Notes: generated from the sequence alone by a model not told the origin. 64,000 nt of DNA from Eledone cirrhosa (GCA_964016885.1 OZ024743.1:359848001-359912000); one strand, 5' to 3'; numbered from the stretch's first letter, positions 1-13,412 are shown. Made by a program: numbers and translations.

Positions 1-235
1 TCAATAGATTAGAAAATGTCCTCTTATGAAGGCGATTCAATCGGACAATGGACACTCAGCTACTGGTGGTGGCAAGGTCTAAATCAGTGATCTAATATCT
101 GATCAGTAAATTCTAATTTTCAACATTATCAGCATTTAATACGTATCTAGAATATTACATATATATATTATACATACACACACACATAGACACACAAACA
201 CCCCCCCACACACACACACACACATACACACATAT

Positions 236-285
<50 letters not shown>

Positions 286-481
286 TATATATATATATTT
301 ATATATGCATAAAATATTCTAGACGTGAATTACTCTACATTATATATCAAATATACATGTTCATAATCATATATATATAAAATATATATTTGTCTCTCTC
401 TCTCTCTCTCTGTCTCTCTGTCTCTCTCAGTCTCTCTCTCTCTCACTTACTCTCTCTCCCACTCTCTCTCTCTCTCTCTCT

Positions 482-517
<36 letters not shown>

Positions 518-520
<3 letters not shown>

Positions 521-1495
521 AGGTCACTTTTGAGTCCTACTGGTAACAAGTAAACCACTACAACCTGTCGCATGGTCGAGTCTTCGGCGACTAAACTGGC
601 AAGCCCACCAAGTTTACTTGGTGAGGAGGTGATTTTGGACACTCTGCAGGACAAAAAACAAAACCTGACAAAGGGCGGAAGAACTCATAAGAGGCGACGG
701 CCATCCAAAAATGTGTAAATATGTATATACACATGTACATATGTTTGTGTATGTATATGCGTGTGTATATGCCTGGGGTGTCAGGGAGGGGCATGTACCT
801 CTGTAGGGAGGGCTAGCCATGCCCTTTTCAGGACAGCTCATCCTGCATTGGATTCCACCTGACACTCAGCTCTCACCCGTGGCCCCAAGAAGCTGTAGCA
901 TGCGACAGTGGCCACACCCCGGTAAATCGCCTTGGCTGGCGGGGCGAACCAGGTTGCGGGTAGCCGGACGGATCTGAAACCCCACGGTGAGTTAGATAGG
1001 GGATGCCTGCCCCTGCATGCGAAGACTGGACCCGGCGGAGTGAGTGGTGGAGGACAGCATCGTCCCAACGGTCACAAAGGCGGCGACAGCAAGCGGTGTG
1101 GAGCGCTAGGGCACGGCAAGGCACTACAGACGTCGTGGCTATCCACTGCAGCCAAGGAAGTCCCTGGTCGTGACGGTCCTCCGTACCACCGGATTCTGGC
1201 TTCTGCGGTCAAGTAAGTGGGACCGTCACTGTGCACTTGCCCTCCCACTATAAACCTTTCCCGCACAGGTTTATTTAGCGTGCACTCCCAATACTCTGCG
1301 GCGATGGGCGAGAGGTGGAGGTAACAGGTGGAGATAAATTCTGGGAGTTGCCAGTCTGACTCCGGTCTCTTCCCCTTCCCCCACTGTCCCAGGACCTGCA
1401 AGTCAAGGGTCGGCCTCCTCATCCACCTTCGTGCCCACGGCAGACGGGAACAACAATAAATAAGATGTCATCATCGTTTACGATGGATATCCAAA
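518..1495 (+). mobile_element. Non-autonomous bipartite RTE-type LINE derivative (5' UTR fused to extreme 3' end)
   Basis: GC-rich island between (TA)n tracts. 1370-1438 translates to FPFPHCPRTCKSRVGLLIHLRAH, a degenerate C2H2 finger like those ending RTE ORFs. Short 3' UTR with hairpin CATCGTTTACGATG. No EN/RT coding sequence in between. Confidence 0.6.
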
Positions 1496-1617
1496 ATATA
1501 TATATCCTGGGAGTGTAACTTGGTGTTACTGTAGCTTCACCCGGGTGAGCACTCGAGGTTTAGGTTCACTTCAGTGTCGAGGTGTAGAGCTAGACAGAGT
1601 GTATTATAGTGAAATAC

Positions 1618-1804
1618 GATAACAAGGACGATTGGTTACTCCCCCATTACGTTTATTGGTTGGTGACGCGCGTTTCTCCACCGACGAGCCGCGGATTACA
1701 GAGTAAGGTCAGATCGATACAGATCGAACCTTGGGCTGATCGGTGGAAAAAGGCGCGTCACCCACCAATAAACGTAATGGGGAGTAACCAATTGTCCTTA
1801 TTAT

Positions 1805-1806
<2 letters not shown>
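1618..1806. repeat. Inverted repeat (~66 bp arms), probable inverted PLE pseudo-LTR remnant
   Basis: 1618-1684 is the near-perfect reverse complement of 1740-1806. The arm contains GAAACGCGCGTC (3' half of a minimal hammerhead) followed by AATAAA. Abuts (TA)n. Confidence 0.6.
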
Positions 1807-1850
<44 letters not shown>

Positions 1851-1879
1851 GGTGTATATATATGTGTGTGTATATATAT

Positions 1880-3479
1880 ATAGTATACCTATGTACTATA
1901 AATTCAGGTAGTTTAGCATGACATTACATTGGCTCCACAGCTGGGGAGTTTAAGAAAAGGTGGTACGGTACGTCGATAGAAACTCTATGATTAACAGGAA
2001 CCTTTTAAATACAATGACTCTCGCCAATAAAATCTGGCAACTCAAGGATGCACACATGGAATATATAATCAGCTGGGCGAAACTATCAAAAGCAACGGCC
2101 TATCAAATTGGTATGTCCCACTGCGGTCTCTGTAATATGGAACATTTCCAAATTTTGAATTACAACAAAATGCTTCTTAACAGTAAAATTGAAAGAACTA
2201 TTTTCTGTCGGCATAAATCGGCGACCAAATTTGAGAACTATAGACCGGCTTAATTTCATCTTATCTATTCTATAACCCAAATTGTACCACTTAGATCTAT
2301 TATAATATCACATTATGATCATCATCATCATTATTATTATAATTGTCATCATCTATCAATGAACAACATTAAAACCTCTTATATTTACATTCTTATTTGA
2401 TATATCTCTATCTTTCACTCTCTAACTTTATATTTCTTTCCTTAAATGTATTTCGTCTCTGGCATTTTATTTTATCATATAATATAACTTACAACTAATT
2501 AATTAATTTATTTATTAAAATAACCAATATACACATAAACCTATTAAACATTATCATATTTATACCTTCCTATCTCTCTATATGTTACATTTTTACTTAT
2601 TTATTTTTATATTTTCATTTTTCATTTTTCACATTTTATAACATTTTATATCATATTAGATGTAATTTATTTATTTATTTAATTAATCATTTATTTATTT
2701 ATTTATATATTTATTTTTATTTTTATTTACATTTATTCATGTATTAACGTTTATTCATTTAGTGCTGATATCATTATTTTCCCTCTATTTTTCTTTCTCT
2801 CCTACATTATTTCTCCTTATGCTTGTCTCTCCTCTTTCTACCATCATTTCTCCATATATTTTCTTCTCTGTATTTTCTCTGTATTCATTTCTCCTTTTTC
2901 TTTTTCTTTCTCTTTTTCCTTTTCTTTTTCTTTTTCTTTTTTCTTTTTCTTTTTTCTTTCTTTCTTTTTTTCTTTCTTTCTTTCCTGTATCTATCTCCCT
3001 TTCTTTCTTTTTTTCTCTCTCTATCTTTATTATTAATATTATTATTGATGACGTAGTTTGAATTTGTAAATTTTCCGGTTATACTCTTTTACCTGTTTCA
3101 GCCATCCGGCTGAGGCCATGCTGGGGCACCGCCCTTTTATATATACTTTTTGTAACAGTTTCTGAAGATTTGATCGAGATAGCATTGTATTTGAAATTGA
3201 GTGGCACTGCTCTAGTGTTCAGCAATTTTTAGACAACTTAATCAGAGAAACAATTGTTAGACTATAAATAAAACCCCTTTTTTGTATTGTTGACCATGTT
3301 ATTCTCCACTTTTTCAATTTTATTACTCCGAGATAAACTTACATAGGAATACAAGTAAAATCACAAACTCGTCATCTAAGTAAACCTCTTGTTGAGTCAA
3401 ACAACGCCGTACGCTAAAACTATCCATAATAATAAGTATTCACAACCTCTAACTGGATTACCGATAACGATATTTTATC

Positions 3480-3480
<1 letters not shown>
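1880..3480 (+). mobile_element. 5'-truncated Penelope-like element (GIY-YIG C-terminus + pLTR)
   Basis: 1880-2253 encodes decayed VYLCTI..HYIGSTAGEFKKRWY..TLANKIWQLK..CGLCNME..LLNSKIERTIFCRHK, collinear with the C-terminus of ORF 60206-61744. Flanked by (TA)n. Hammerhead at 3157-3263. Confidence 0.85.
3157..3263 (+). ncRNA. Type-I hammerhead ribozyme with expanded (78 nt) stem II
   Basis: AGTTT-CTGAAGA(3162-3168)-TTTGATCGAG...CTTAATCAGA-GAAAC(3247-3251)-AATT-GTT^-AGACT. Stem I AGTTT/AGACT; palindromic CAATTG stem III. Confidence 0.65.
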
Positions 3481-3553
<73 letters not shown>

Positions 3554-5045
3554 AGGAAAATGGAAAAGCTAGGCATAAGGAAGCTGTTAAAACAGCAAAA
3601 TGCCGTCGAAAGGACATTACCTCGAAGGACAGAAATCAGCGGCTCGGAGTGAGTTGACTCGATGAATTGATAGGAAGGAATTAATAAAGAAATAGTATGG
3701 ATGAGAAGAGTTCACAAACATTAAAATACGCTCATCAGGAGTTTGTGTGGAATACAGATATACACAATACAGAGAACTCAATCATGTGTGAAAAGTTTCA
3801 ATTCCATATTTATATACAAATCTAAAGCCTAGCGAAAGGTTTATCCTGAGCATCTTGGAACATACGTAGCTGCTTTATTTCTTTGTAAACCCAGTAGTAT
3901 ATAGAGACAACCTTTCGCACATACTTACACACACACATATATTTTTATATTCACATATTGCTGTTAGTCATTATATTATGGTCATGCTGACATATATTCC
4001 ATTAATCGTTTACTTTCAGGCATTGGCTTGGACAATTGCCCATTTTGAGGGAATATCTTCTAGCGTTTTAGTTCGTTATAACACCACTCGATATTTATGT
4101 TTATCATAGTTAAGTCATCAATTTTTATTAATCTAATGCATCAGTTACCTTGTGAGATAAAGGGACACAATTCAACATATTCTTTATTACAGATGTACAG
4201 AAATATAAACACACACACATATATACAGGCATAAACATATCTATGTACTTTACAGAACGATTAATTACAATAAAATCGCGGTTCAAAAACGGTCATCTAA
4301 AAGTTAACTGAAACTTATTTCCATAAAACCAGAACGTGTAGTGCAAAGTCTCATATGATGACAAGATCAGTTGCTGATGACCAAATCAACAAAGAAGATA
4401 GTATAAAGAGGTAGAAATCTCAGAGCATTATATAGATTGATTATGAGAACTCGTTTGTGATTGTTATCCACCATGGTTTTTGAAAACTTTTGTCAAACGT
4501 ATCACCAATAAGAGTGGGGAACACAAACCTTGCTAACATAAATGCTAGACATGCTTCTTGTTTGTTGAGGTCACTGATTCTCTCCATCAACTTTAAAAGC
4601 ATATGATATATATACTTAATACATTAACATAAAAACCCATTAGCGATACTCCGACCAATTTCCAACTCACTCAACAAACATTAGGAAATACCTAAGTATA
4701 TTCCCAATTATACGTTTGGGGTGCTAACTATATTGTATTGTGTGGATAATCGGCTGTATTATTTTATATGAGACATAATTAAATAAATCTCATCCCCATA
4801 CGATCGTTTCATTATAAGATTTCTACAAAGTGGGAGAAAAGTGTCCTAGCTATGTAGAAGCTTGTATAAGATCAATGGATTCCCATGCAAGTGGGCTCTT
4901 ATAACTCTTCAGTGGGATGCCCAAGTAACATCAATATTAATAACCAAATCAATATTAATATTTAGAGATAATCACCGTCAGTGCTAGAGAGAGCCGCTTA
5001 GTTTGAAAGTCCAGCAGTTCTACAAAAGAAATCTCACACTGTCCC

Positions 5046-5153
<108 letters not shown>

Positions 5154-5222
5154 TGTGTGTGTATCCCGGGTTCAATCGGAGATAACCACACTAAGTAGAG
5201 TACTCAATACATAACAGAGTAA

Positions 5223-5329
5223 ATATATTTAATATAGACATGGCTTCTACAGGCCTAGAACTGTTTCATTCGGAGGAAATCATCGGGAAAGCCCTCGTCC
5301 TGTAGAAGCCATTTCTATATTAAATATAT
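5223..5329 (-). ncRNA. Hammerhead-like motif inside a short fold-back element
   Basis: Minus strand TTC-CCGATGA-TTTC-CTCC-GAAT-GAAACAG-TTCTAGGC-CTGTA^-GAA. Flanked by ~31 bp inverted arms (5223-5253 / 5299-5329). Related copy at 11147-11285. Confidence 0.55.
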
Positions 5330-5355
5330 ATATATATATATATATAAGTTAAAAC

Positions 5356-5533
5356 AATTGTCTCTACTTTAGGCACAAGGCCAGCAATTACCCAGTGCAT
5401 TACTGGTACTTTATTTTATCGACCCCGTAAGGATGAAAGGCAAAGACAACATCGGTGGGATTTGAACTCAGATCGTAAAGGGAGGTAACTATGCGGGAAA
5501 GCATGGCGTCCGACCCTCTACTGATAGTGCCAA
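5356..5533 (-). mobile_element. tRNA-derived SINE
   Basis: Homologous to other copies in the window; pol III A-box-like TGGCACTATCAG and B-box GAGTTCAAATC on the minus strand. Confidence 0.85.
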
Positions 5534-5725
5534 AATCAATGAAATAAAAAATCAAGTCATTAGAGATTGGATTTTTTATTTCATTGTTTTAACTTATATC
5601 ATGGCTCTGTTTTCCTTTTAATGTTTTATTGTTTTTCGGGATTTATCTTAACCGACAACATTTTCAACATATGGATTACATCGAGTTCTTCATGCAGAAT
5701 AGACCCCACAACTTACTGTGGATAC

Positions 5726-5768
<43 letters not shown>

Positions 5769-5939
5769 TCCAGAATTAGCCGTCGAAACGGCTTGACCTC
5801 AGCCGGCGGGGTCTTACTGGTTCCTATTACCCACTCTACTACCCTAAGTATTGGGTACTTTGGTGCGTTATGGTCCACCTGGTTCCTTACCACATTTCCT
5901 TCGTTATATATATATATATATATATATAGATATATATAT

Positions 5940-8545
5940 AATAGAAAACGAAAAATCAGTGATTGATCTGAACTCAATTTATTGTGTTACAATTGTTTCT
6001 CCGGCGGACAGCTCGGGACACGATCATTGTGTGGATCTGTCTGATTCTGGACCCACAGATTCGACGGACACGTCTAATGATTTCAGTTCATATTCTCTCA
6101 CTGGGGTATCTGACCCTCTGGGCCAGTCCCGTCAAAAACTACATCCTCTTCGCGCGTCCTGTGATTGGCCGGTGGTTGTCGACGTCATCATAATTCTGAC
6201 CTCAGGTATCAGTCCGCTGACCATCAGGGCGTAAGCTGTCCCATGTCTGCTACACTTCAATAAATTACTGCTGTGTTTGGTTGTTCATATATCCACGCGC
6301 GCGCACACACACAGGCACAGGGATAATGACAGTCATACGCATGCACTCGCTATACACACACATTTAAGGAGAACATATAAATATACGCATACATGCATCC
6401 AGAGAGGCACGTATACACACAGGCACATACCCACATGCCCATATACGTCAACATACACGCACACATACATGTGCATACACATGCACAGGCGTATATATAT
6501 ACGCGTACATAAAAACACGTACAGACATATACATAGAACGCACACACATATACAGGTACCCGCACAGATACACACTGGTGCGCAAACACACATATATACA
6601 CACAAAACGGCACATAAAGATACACAGTGGGCTATACATGAAAGGATGCACCTTTTTATATGTGCCTACACAGATGTTGTTACGTTGCGAATATGGATCA
6701 ATTCAGGTATGGAATCCTCACGCAAGGCCACCTAATGTGCGTTCACGGTATTACAGTGAGTAGTATGCGAAGAACGTACATAGAAAATGCGTGCAGAATA
6801 TATATAAAAAAGAAGAAACGTGTATGCATATGAGAGAGTACATACATCTGAGGTATAAAAGAGAAGTATGAGATACACACGTGGGTCTGTATACGGAAAA
6901 TACATTAGGTGTTACAAAATGGAATGCGTGGAGAGTATGCATTCTCTACTGAACAGATACACATGCAGGGGGTGCGTGGACAGGCCATACTGGAGCACGT
7001 CACTGCGAGTGAGGTATAGTGTCTTATAGTGTAAGACACGGCACTGAATATCAGTGGAATTTGGGTCAACCTGTCCCGGCTCAGGTGATGTTGTTGCTTA
7101 GGGTGACGTGCAGAGTCGGGTAGGCATCCTGGGTTATGTCGGCTTACACCACGGGGCATATATAGTCAACAGGATATGGTGTCTGATCTTCTGAACCCGT
7201 TTCGCCGCTCTGGCCGGCGTGCGCTCACCCGCATGCCTTTAGCTTGGGCTGCCCGGTGGATTCCATGCGGAGAGTGTGCACCTTCTCTGGTGTCTGCACG
7301 TCATGATTATTTCCGATTTCAGGTTGATCGCATCATCCTACAGTCTGACTATCTCCATGGTCTCGGATAGGCATATCATACACTTTCTATTTCCAGTCGA
7401 ATATGCATGCGCATGCCGAAAGATACTCCAGTTGAGGTCATACGTGGTGCCTTTGTTTTCAAGTTCCACACCAGGTCCGCCAGCCTAGTAGAGTGCCTCT
7501 TGCTCCGGTCCTTGAAAGATTTTGTGTGGTTATACATCCTCTATTTAAAGGTTCTGGATGTTACGCCGATGTAGGTGCGCTTTGTGTTGTGAGTGATAAG
7601 CACACATTTATATACCAGGCCCTTCATTAGACATCTTCCCTGCAGAAGGCACTGTGTGCCCGCTCTGCAGTTGCACGTTCTGTCATTATATTGTTCATTG
7701 CGGACGCCTGGCCCTTGATCCACCACGGCCCTCTCCCGATTCTCTGGGCGTTTTCTGCCGACACGGTGGTCTCCCCTCCGCCACTCCTTTCCGCTCGGCG
7801 TTGGACTGTATCGTCTTCCGCGGGCATGGCTGCCGCTGCAGGGGCCTGGTTGTAGTTGGAAAACCCGTCTGCAAGGGGCCCTCCGGGCTCCGATGGACGG
7901 TCATTCGGCCGCCGCGGTTGACGTTAGAGGTTTCCGATCTTCGCCGCGTTGGTTTTGGCAATGTAGTCTGCCAGGTTAGGTGCGGTGGAGAATGAGAATT
8001 TCACCATGTGGCGGAGGAAAATATTGTGGTATCTGCTCGACGGCGGGAAGCACTGGTCCAACGCTCGGAAGAAGAGGCCTGGTACATTGCTGCATACATG
8101 CTTCGAATACGGCACGTTAAACCATGTAACGGCCTTAGACCTTGTCTCGTTCCTTCATGTGTATGTAGTAGTGTGAATGTGTGTTGGGTCAGGTGTCCGT
8201 CCCGGGTTTTGCCCGCCCGTTATTTCGCCCCCTGTATTGCCGCTATCTATATATCTACCGTGGGCGTCTGGGTCACGACGTTCGCTTACTGAGGTATTCC
8301 GTTTTGTATTGTCGGCTCTACTGTTAGTCTCGTTAATGCTATGCGGTGCTGTTGTCGAGGCTATATCATTGCTACTGGTCCGGGTCTTTCCTCTACCAGG
8401 CTCCACGGCCGTACTTGTCCTTACCCTGTCCCTAGTTCTAGTGTCCGCGATGCATGTGGTGCGCGTGCTGGGATTCTGTCTACGTGTACTCATACGCTCT
8501 AGCTGGCTGGGGTTTCTCATTTATATCACCGAGGAATTGATATAA
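5940..8545 (-). mobile_element. Decayed 5'-truncated Penelope-like element (GC-rich family)
   Basis: Minus-strand fragments PYSKHVCSNVPGLFFRALDQCFPPSSRYHNIF..KFSFSTAPNL and CNCRAGTQCLLQGRCLMKGLVYKC..TYIGVTSRTFK (CxCx5C + GIY-YIG). 3' region homologous to 50168-53010. Degenerate hammerhead at 5984-6071. Confidence 0.85.
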
Positions 8546-9769
8546 TTATCTGTACAGGTAATGTTCTTTCATGCTCATCTTACAGACAACTTTACATAAA
8601 TAGGAGGCCGTATAATTTGTAAGGAATTTCTTCACAACCGTAAGAAAGGATAACCGTTCACGTGCTGCAATGAATTTTGGAAACGGGAGATCTCAATCAG
8701 AAATCATCTTTAGCTCTTTTGTCACATGATATTTAATGTATCCACCCTGCTGGTCCAAGTTAAAATTACCATCTTTTGATCCACATTAGAACGACTGTCC
8801 CATGTCCTAGACTCATACCAACTGAGCGACAAATTGGGATTTTTCGACGTTGCCTTTGTTTAGAACGCATATTAGGCTCCACCTGGAGCTAACTAACAAT
8901 CACCACCATTCCTCTATTACATATTCGAATATGTCCAGTTTGATTAGAAATCATCTCACATTGTTGCAGAAGATTACCCTGGTCTAAGGTAAGTTAAACC
9001 CTTTCTCTGTTGCGGTGTAACGTGATTTATATTTCTGCTAACAGCTTTGAAGTTAACAATTCAGATGATTTCTTCAAAAACGTAAGTTCCTTTTGTCATT
9101 TTGTCCATATATGCTTTGTTGGTTATGAATTGATCAACTTGTCAGTGTTATCAAAGATGGTTAAACGATGTGATATGTATCTCATCTAAATGTGCAACAG
9201 AACGTTAACCAGAGTCTATGTCAGAATACGTCCATTCATGCCATTTATATAAGCCAAACAAAAGTAATAATCATCACTGTGGTGTTTATGTTCTCCCCAT
9301 ACCATTAATATACTTAATTTCAGGCACCTTCTTTTTCTATTGATTCATTGCCTCAGATGCTACGCTGCTACGTACACGTTTTATACACACATCACTAATA
9401 TGTTTTCTGTGTTCATGAACGTTCAGGCTCTTCAATAAAAAACAAATTAATCAGAATGATTTAAACATATTTGTCATCATGAGGACTTGTCAATACATAT
9501 TACAAGAGGTTCACATTAGTATATGTTCAATACACACAAAAAAAAAAAAAATTCAGTAAATCATCAGCAGAATTAACTCATAATTCATTTTCAGAAGCGT
9601 AATAAAGTAGGTAATGACGTATGCAATATCTCAAAAACTAGGGCTGTTACGGATGGTATTTTCTGAATTAGTGGTGGGAATAGTGGTTTATTAACAATGT
9701 ATTTTGCTCTCCAATGTAATATACAGTTACATGAAACATGTTATAAATAAACAATTCTGCGGATAAAAT

Positions 9770-9900
9770 AATTTTTTCTACTTTTGGCACAAGGCCAGCA
9801 ATTATCCCAGTGCATTAGTGGTACTTTATTTTATGGACCCCGTAAGGATCTATGCTGAAAAGCATGGCGTCCGATCCACTACCGATACTGCCAATCCACC
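9770..9900 (-). mobile_element. SINE, internally deleted, with target-site duplication
   Basis: Same family but lacks the B-box segment. Flanked by TGCGGATAAAATAAT (9758-9772) and TGCGGATAAGATAAT (9901-9915). Confidence 0.85.
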
Positions 9901-10438
9901 TGCGGATAAGATAATACAGGGAAATATTAGTAGAAACGGATCCTGACAAAAAGTAAATAATTTTACGGAGAATCCAGGTCTCAGCTTCTATACTACATTG
10001 TGTTAATATCTTTTATCTACAGGATGAAGCATAAATACTATGGGGAACTGAAATATCTAACGTTTGTATGTAGATAACTTCAAACAGTATCATGTGAATG
10101 AGAAAGAACTGGGAACACTTACAAATAGTACAGAAATATAGTAGACAAAACGACAGGAAATTTGGTTTAGAAGGCAATATTGAAGGGGGGAGGGAGAAAT
10201 AAATAAAATTCATTTATGCTATGATTATAATATTCTTAGGAGGAACGTAAATGAATTAGATAGAATAGACAAGAAAACAAGTAAAATTAACTACATTATA
10301 ATACACTACAAAAAAGCTAAGTAATTATTTACCATGGGTATTTACTACTAAAAATATTATGGAATATGGGATTTCAGAAACATTTATGTAGAATTTCAGA
10401 AAAATATTTCAAAAATATTTCAGAAATATTTAGAAATA

Positions 10439-10623
10439 ATTGTTTCTACTTTTCGCACAAGGCCAGCAATTATCCAATACATTACTGGTACTTTATTTTA
10501 TCGACCCCGTAAGGATGAAAGGCAAAGTTGACCTCGGCTGGATTTGAACTCAGAATGGAAAAGGCCGTAACTCTATGCGTCAAAGCATGACATCCGACCC
10601 TCTACCGATACTGCCAATCCACC
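10439..10623 (-). mobile_element. tRNA-derived SINE
   Basis: Full-length homolog with A box TGGCAGTATCGG and B box GAGTTCAAATCC. Confidence 0.9.
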
Positions 10624-11146
10624 AATAAAATGTGACTAATAGTGACAAGACATAAGAACCAAATCTGTTTTACTACTAACAACACACTAGCATGTTGGTA
10701 GTTTTAGAAATGCAACACGTGCGATGGCTCACTTGCAGATTTGTATTAGATGTGTAAGCACAGATCGTTAAATATTCCCCCTTGCTGAAGATCCAAGTTT
10801 TGACTACTGTGACTTTACGGATTAACGGTGAAATATATTTCTTTAATGAAATATATACAAGGAGGATTAATCATTTTTTAAATAGGTAATATTTGAAGCT
10901 CTAGTTAAACTTTAATTAGTTACCTACATAACTATGTGTGATTACACACTCTAAAAATTATCCCCTGTGATTGTTTCATGTGTTTATTTTAAACTTATGT
11001 ATGTCAATTAATTTATAGTTGATTTAAAATGCTCGGATCTATTCATTGGAATTTTTGACCTTATTCTACGGTGGATATGGCGCATGTCTCGTACATGACT
11101 CCCTTAATTTAATTTAATTAAATTAATTTTATATATATATATATAT

Positions 11147-11190
11147 AAAGAATGAAACAGTTCTAGTCCTGTAGAATCTCATCTCTCTCT

Positions 11191-11235
<45 letters not shown>

Positions 11236-11282
11236 TGAGATTCTACAGTACTAGAAGTGTTTCATTCTTTAGAAATCATCAG

Positions 11283-11285
<3 letters not shown>
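11147..11285 (-). ncRNA. Hammerhead motif in inverted-repeat mini-element
   Basis: Minus strand TTC-CTGATGA-TTTC-TAAA-GAAT-GAAACAC-TTCTAGTA-CTGTA^-GAA at ~11240-11285. The 3' half is repeated in inverted orientation at 11147-11190 around a (TA)n spacer. Confidence 0.6.
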
Positions 11286-11342
<57 letters not shown>

Positions 11343-12325
11343 ATGTGTGTGTGTGTGTGTGTATGTGTGTATTATGTATCCGTATATATACATATATATA
11401 TATATTATATTTTGACGAGATTATAGGAAATATATTCGCTACAATACCGATTGCTCACAATTACTCAGTCAAAGAGATATGGTTTGAACGTAAAGCGAGC
11501 TGACGCGTCTCAGAGTGGTTATCTGGATCTCGCCGTTTCTATCAATGCAGTAATCTCCGATAAGGTCAATTTGTAACTTAACGAATACACTGACTGCACA
11601 GTTGAAAGCAATACTGCAAAAACCTCATAAGCAGTATCGATAATTACAGTGTGAGAGCGAAGCCATCTATCTAGACTGAGCATGAACAAATTGTTGCTAG
11701 CATGTGGGAGTCGGCAGAAATTAGTGACGTCATAAGTGGAAGAATGAATAGTCGCTCGCTATTTGATAATACTAAAAGCGGCAACAATTCAAAATAAAAT
11801 ATATCTTGAATTTATAGCCAGCATTTAGATCCGAACCTTTTGGAAAAAATAAGAACAGACTTGCAAAGAAATACAGAAGTAAAAAAGGATGACAGACATA
11901 CCATTTCCTCACATGTACGTTTGTTTTGTTAACTGGGGGAAAAAAATACGATATATTGACAAGGCTATAAGGAATTATATTCGTTATAATCCCGATTACT
12001 TACAATCACTCACTCAAAGAGATATGTTTTGTACATATATCGATCTAACGTGTCGCAGAGTGCTAACAAATGTATATTCGTAATGTGGCAGTTGCACTTT
12101 ATTGCCCGGACCCCGAGGTTTGTGTCAATGTAGTAAGCTCTGATAAGTGCAGTTTACAACTTACCGAATACAGTGGCTGCACAGTGTAAGCCAATACTGC
12201 GAAAAAGTCATGAGCGGACGTGATAATTAAAGCGAGAGAGTGGCGATATCTACCCAGACTGAGCGTGGACGAATTTCTACTAGAATATGGTAGTCGGCAG
12301 TACTTACTGATGTCACGCGTCGAAG

Positions 12326-12371
<46 letters not shown>

Positions 12372-12849
12372 TCGGACATGACACCCTTAATTTAATTTGC
12401 GATATATTACGGCCCCTTAATTGTAGAGCTAGCTCAGTTGAAAGGACTCAGCTGCTATTTCTAGCTGTCGATAATCCTATTCACGCCACTGGGATGATGC
12501 TGGTACGATGTGTGTATTTTTCAAAAATGCAACACGTGCGACGGGTCATTCGCAGATTTGCATTTGCTGTGTAAACACAGATAGTTAAATCCTGTTGAAA
12601 ATCCTGTTGAAAATCCTGAATTTGACTACTGTGATTTACGGATTAATGGTGAAATATATTTCTTTAGCTTACAAATTTATAAGGGCCCTAAATAAACATA
12701 AACTCAATATTAAGATAGTAGAAAGACCAGGTACCTCCGTAAAAACACTTATTAGCAAGACATACCCTTTTCAAAGACCCTCATGTATAGATAAGTAATG
12801 TGTAACCTGTAAAATAAGCCCCCATATTAACTGTAAAATTAGAAATGTA

Positions 12850-13167
12850 GTGTATAGCATAAGATGTACTGAAGGACAATGTAGAGACAAAAATATAGTG
12901 TACATAGGTGAGACAGCTCGTAGTGTAGGGGAACGGATAAATGAACACTGGCGAGACCTTCAAGATAATAAAGAATCATCTGTACTCTACCAACATGCTA
13001 AGATAGAACACAAGGGTAAATTAGAGAACATAGAAATAAAAATAGAATCTACACACAGAAAAGACGCAATGTTTAGACAAATTACAGAGGCAATAAACAT
13101 AAAAGAATTACAACCAAAATTAAATAGAAAATATGAGTGGAACAGCAATATCACAACTTACAATTAA
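12850..13167 (+). pseudogene. GIY-YIG endonuclease domain of PLE (truncated ORF)
   Basis: VYSIRC..C....VYIGETARSVGERINEH..S.LYQH....H..R..EAINI....PKLN motif, preceded by Cys-rich linker remnants with a stop codon. Confidence 0.85.
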
Positions 13168-13367
13168 GGACAAAATGAAAACACACACACACATAGAACA
13201 AACAACCAACCAGTAACATGTAAATAAACAAATAGATAAATGAACATAAACACACACAGACACCCGGATGTGGCGCATGCGCAGACTGAGCACACAACAC
13301 ACACACATAAACAAAATGGCGTAGAACAGAACAAAGGAGAGGCACAGAAACAAAGAAAGGAATCCCC

Positions 13368-13412
13368 AGTCACTGAAGAGGTCACAGAGTGTGTGACGAA
13401 AGAACTATGGCT
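13368..13412 (+). ncRNA. Minimal type-I hammerhead ribozyme (PLE pLTR)
   Basis: AGTCA-CTGAAGA-G-GTCACA-GAGTG-TGTGAC-GAAAG-AA-CTA^-TGGCT. Stem I AGTCA/TGGCT; 6 bp stem II. Confidence 0.8.

Noticed and set aside
2762-3061. Hydrophobic membrane-protein-like ORF
   Set aside because: T/C-rich low-complexity tract within the PLE 3' region.
3700-3750. Minus-strand CTGATGA hammerhead candidate
   Set aside because: No proper GAAA box or stem I/III pairing.
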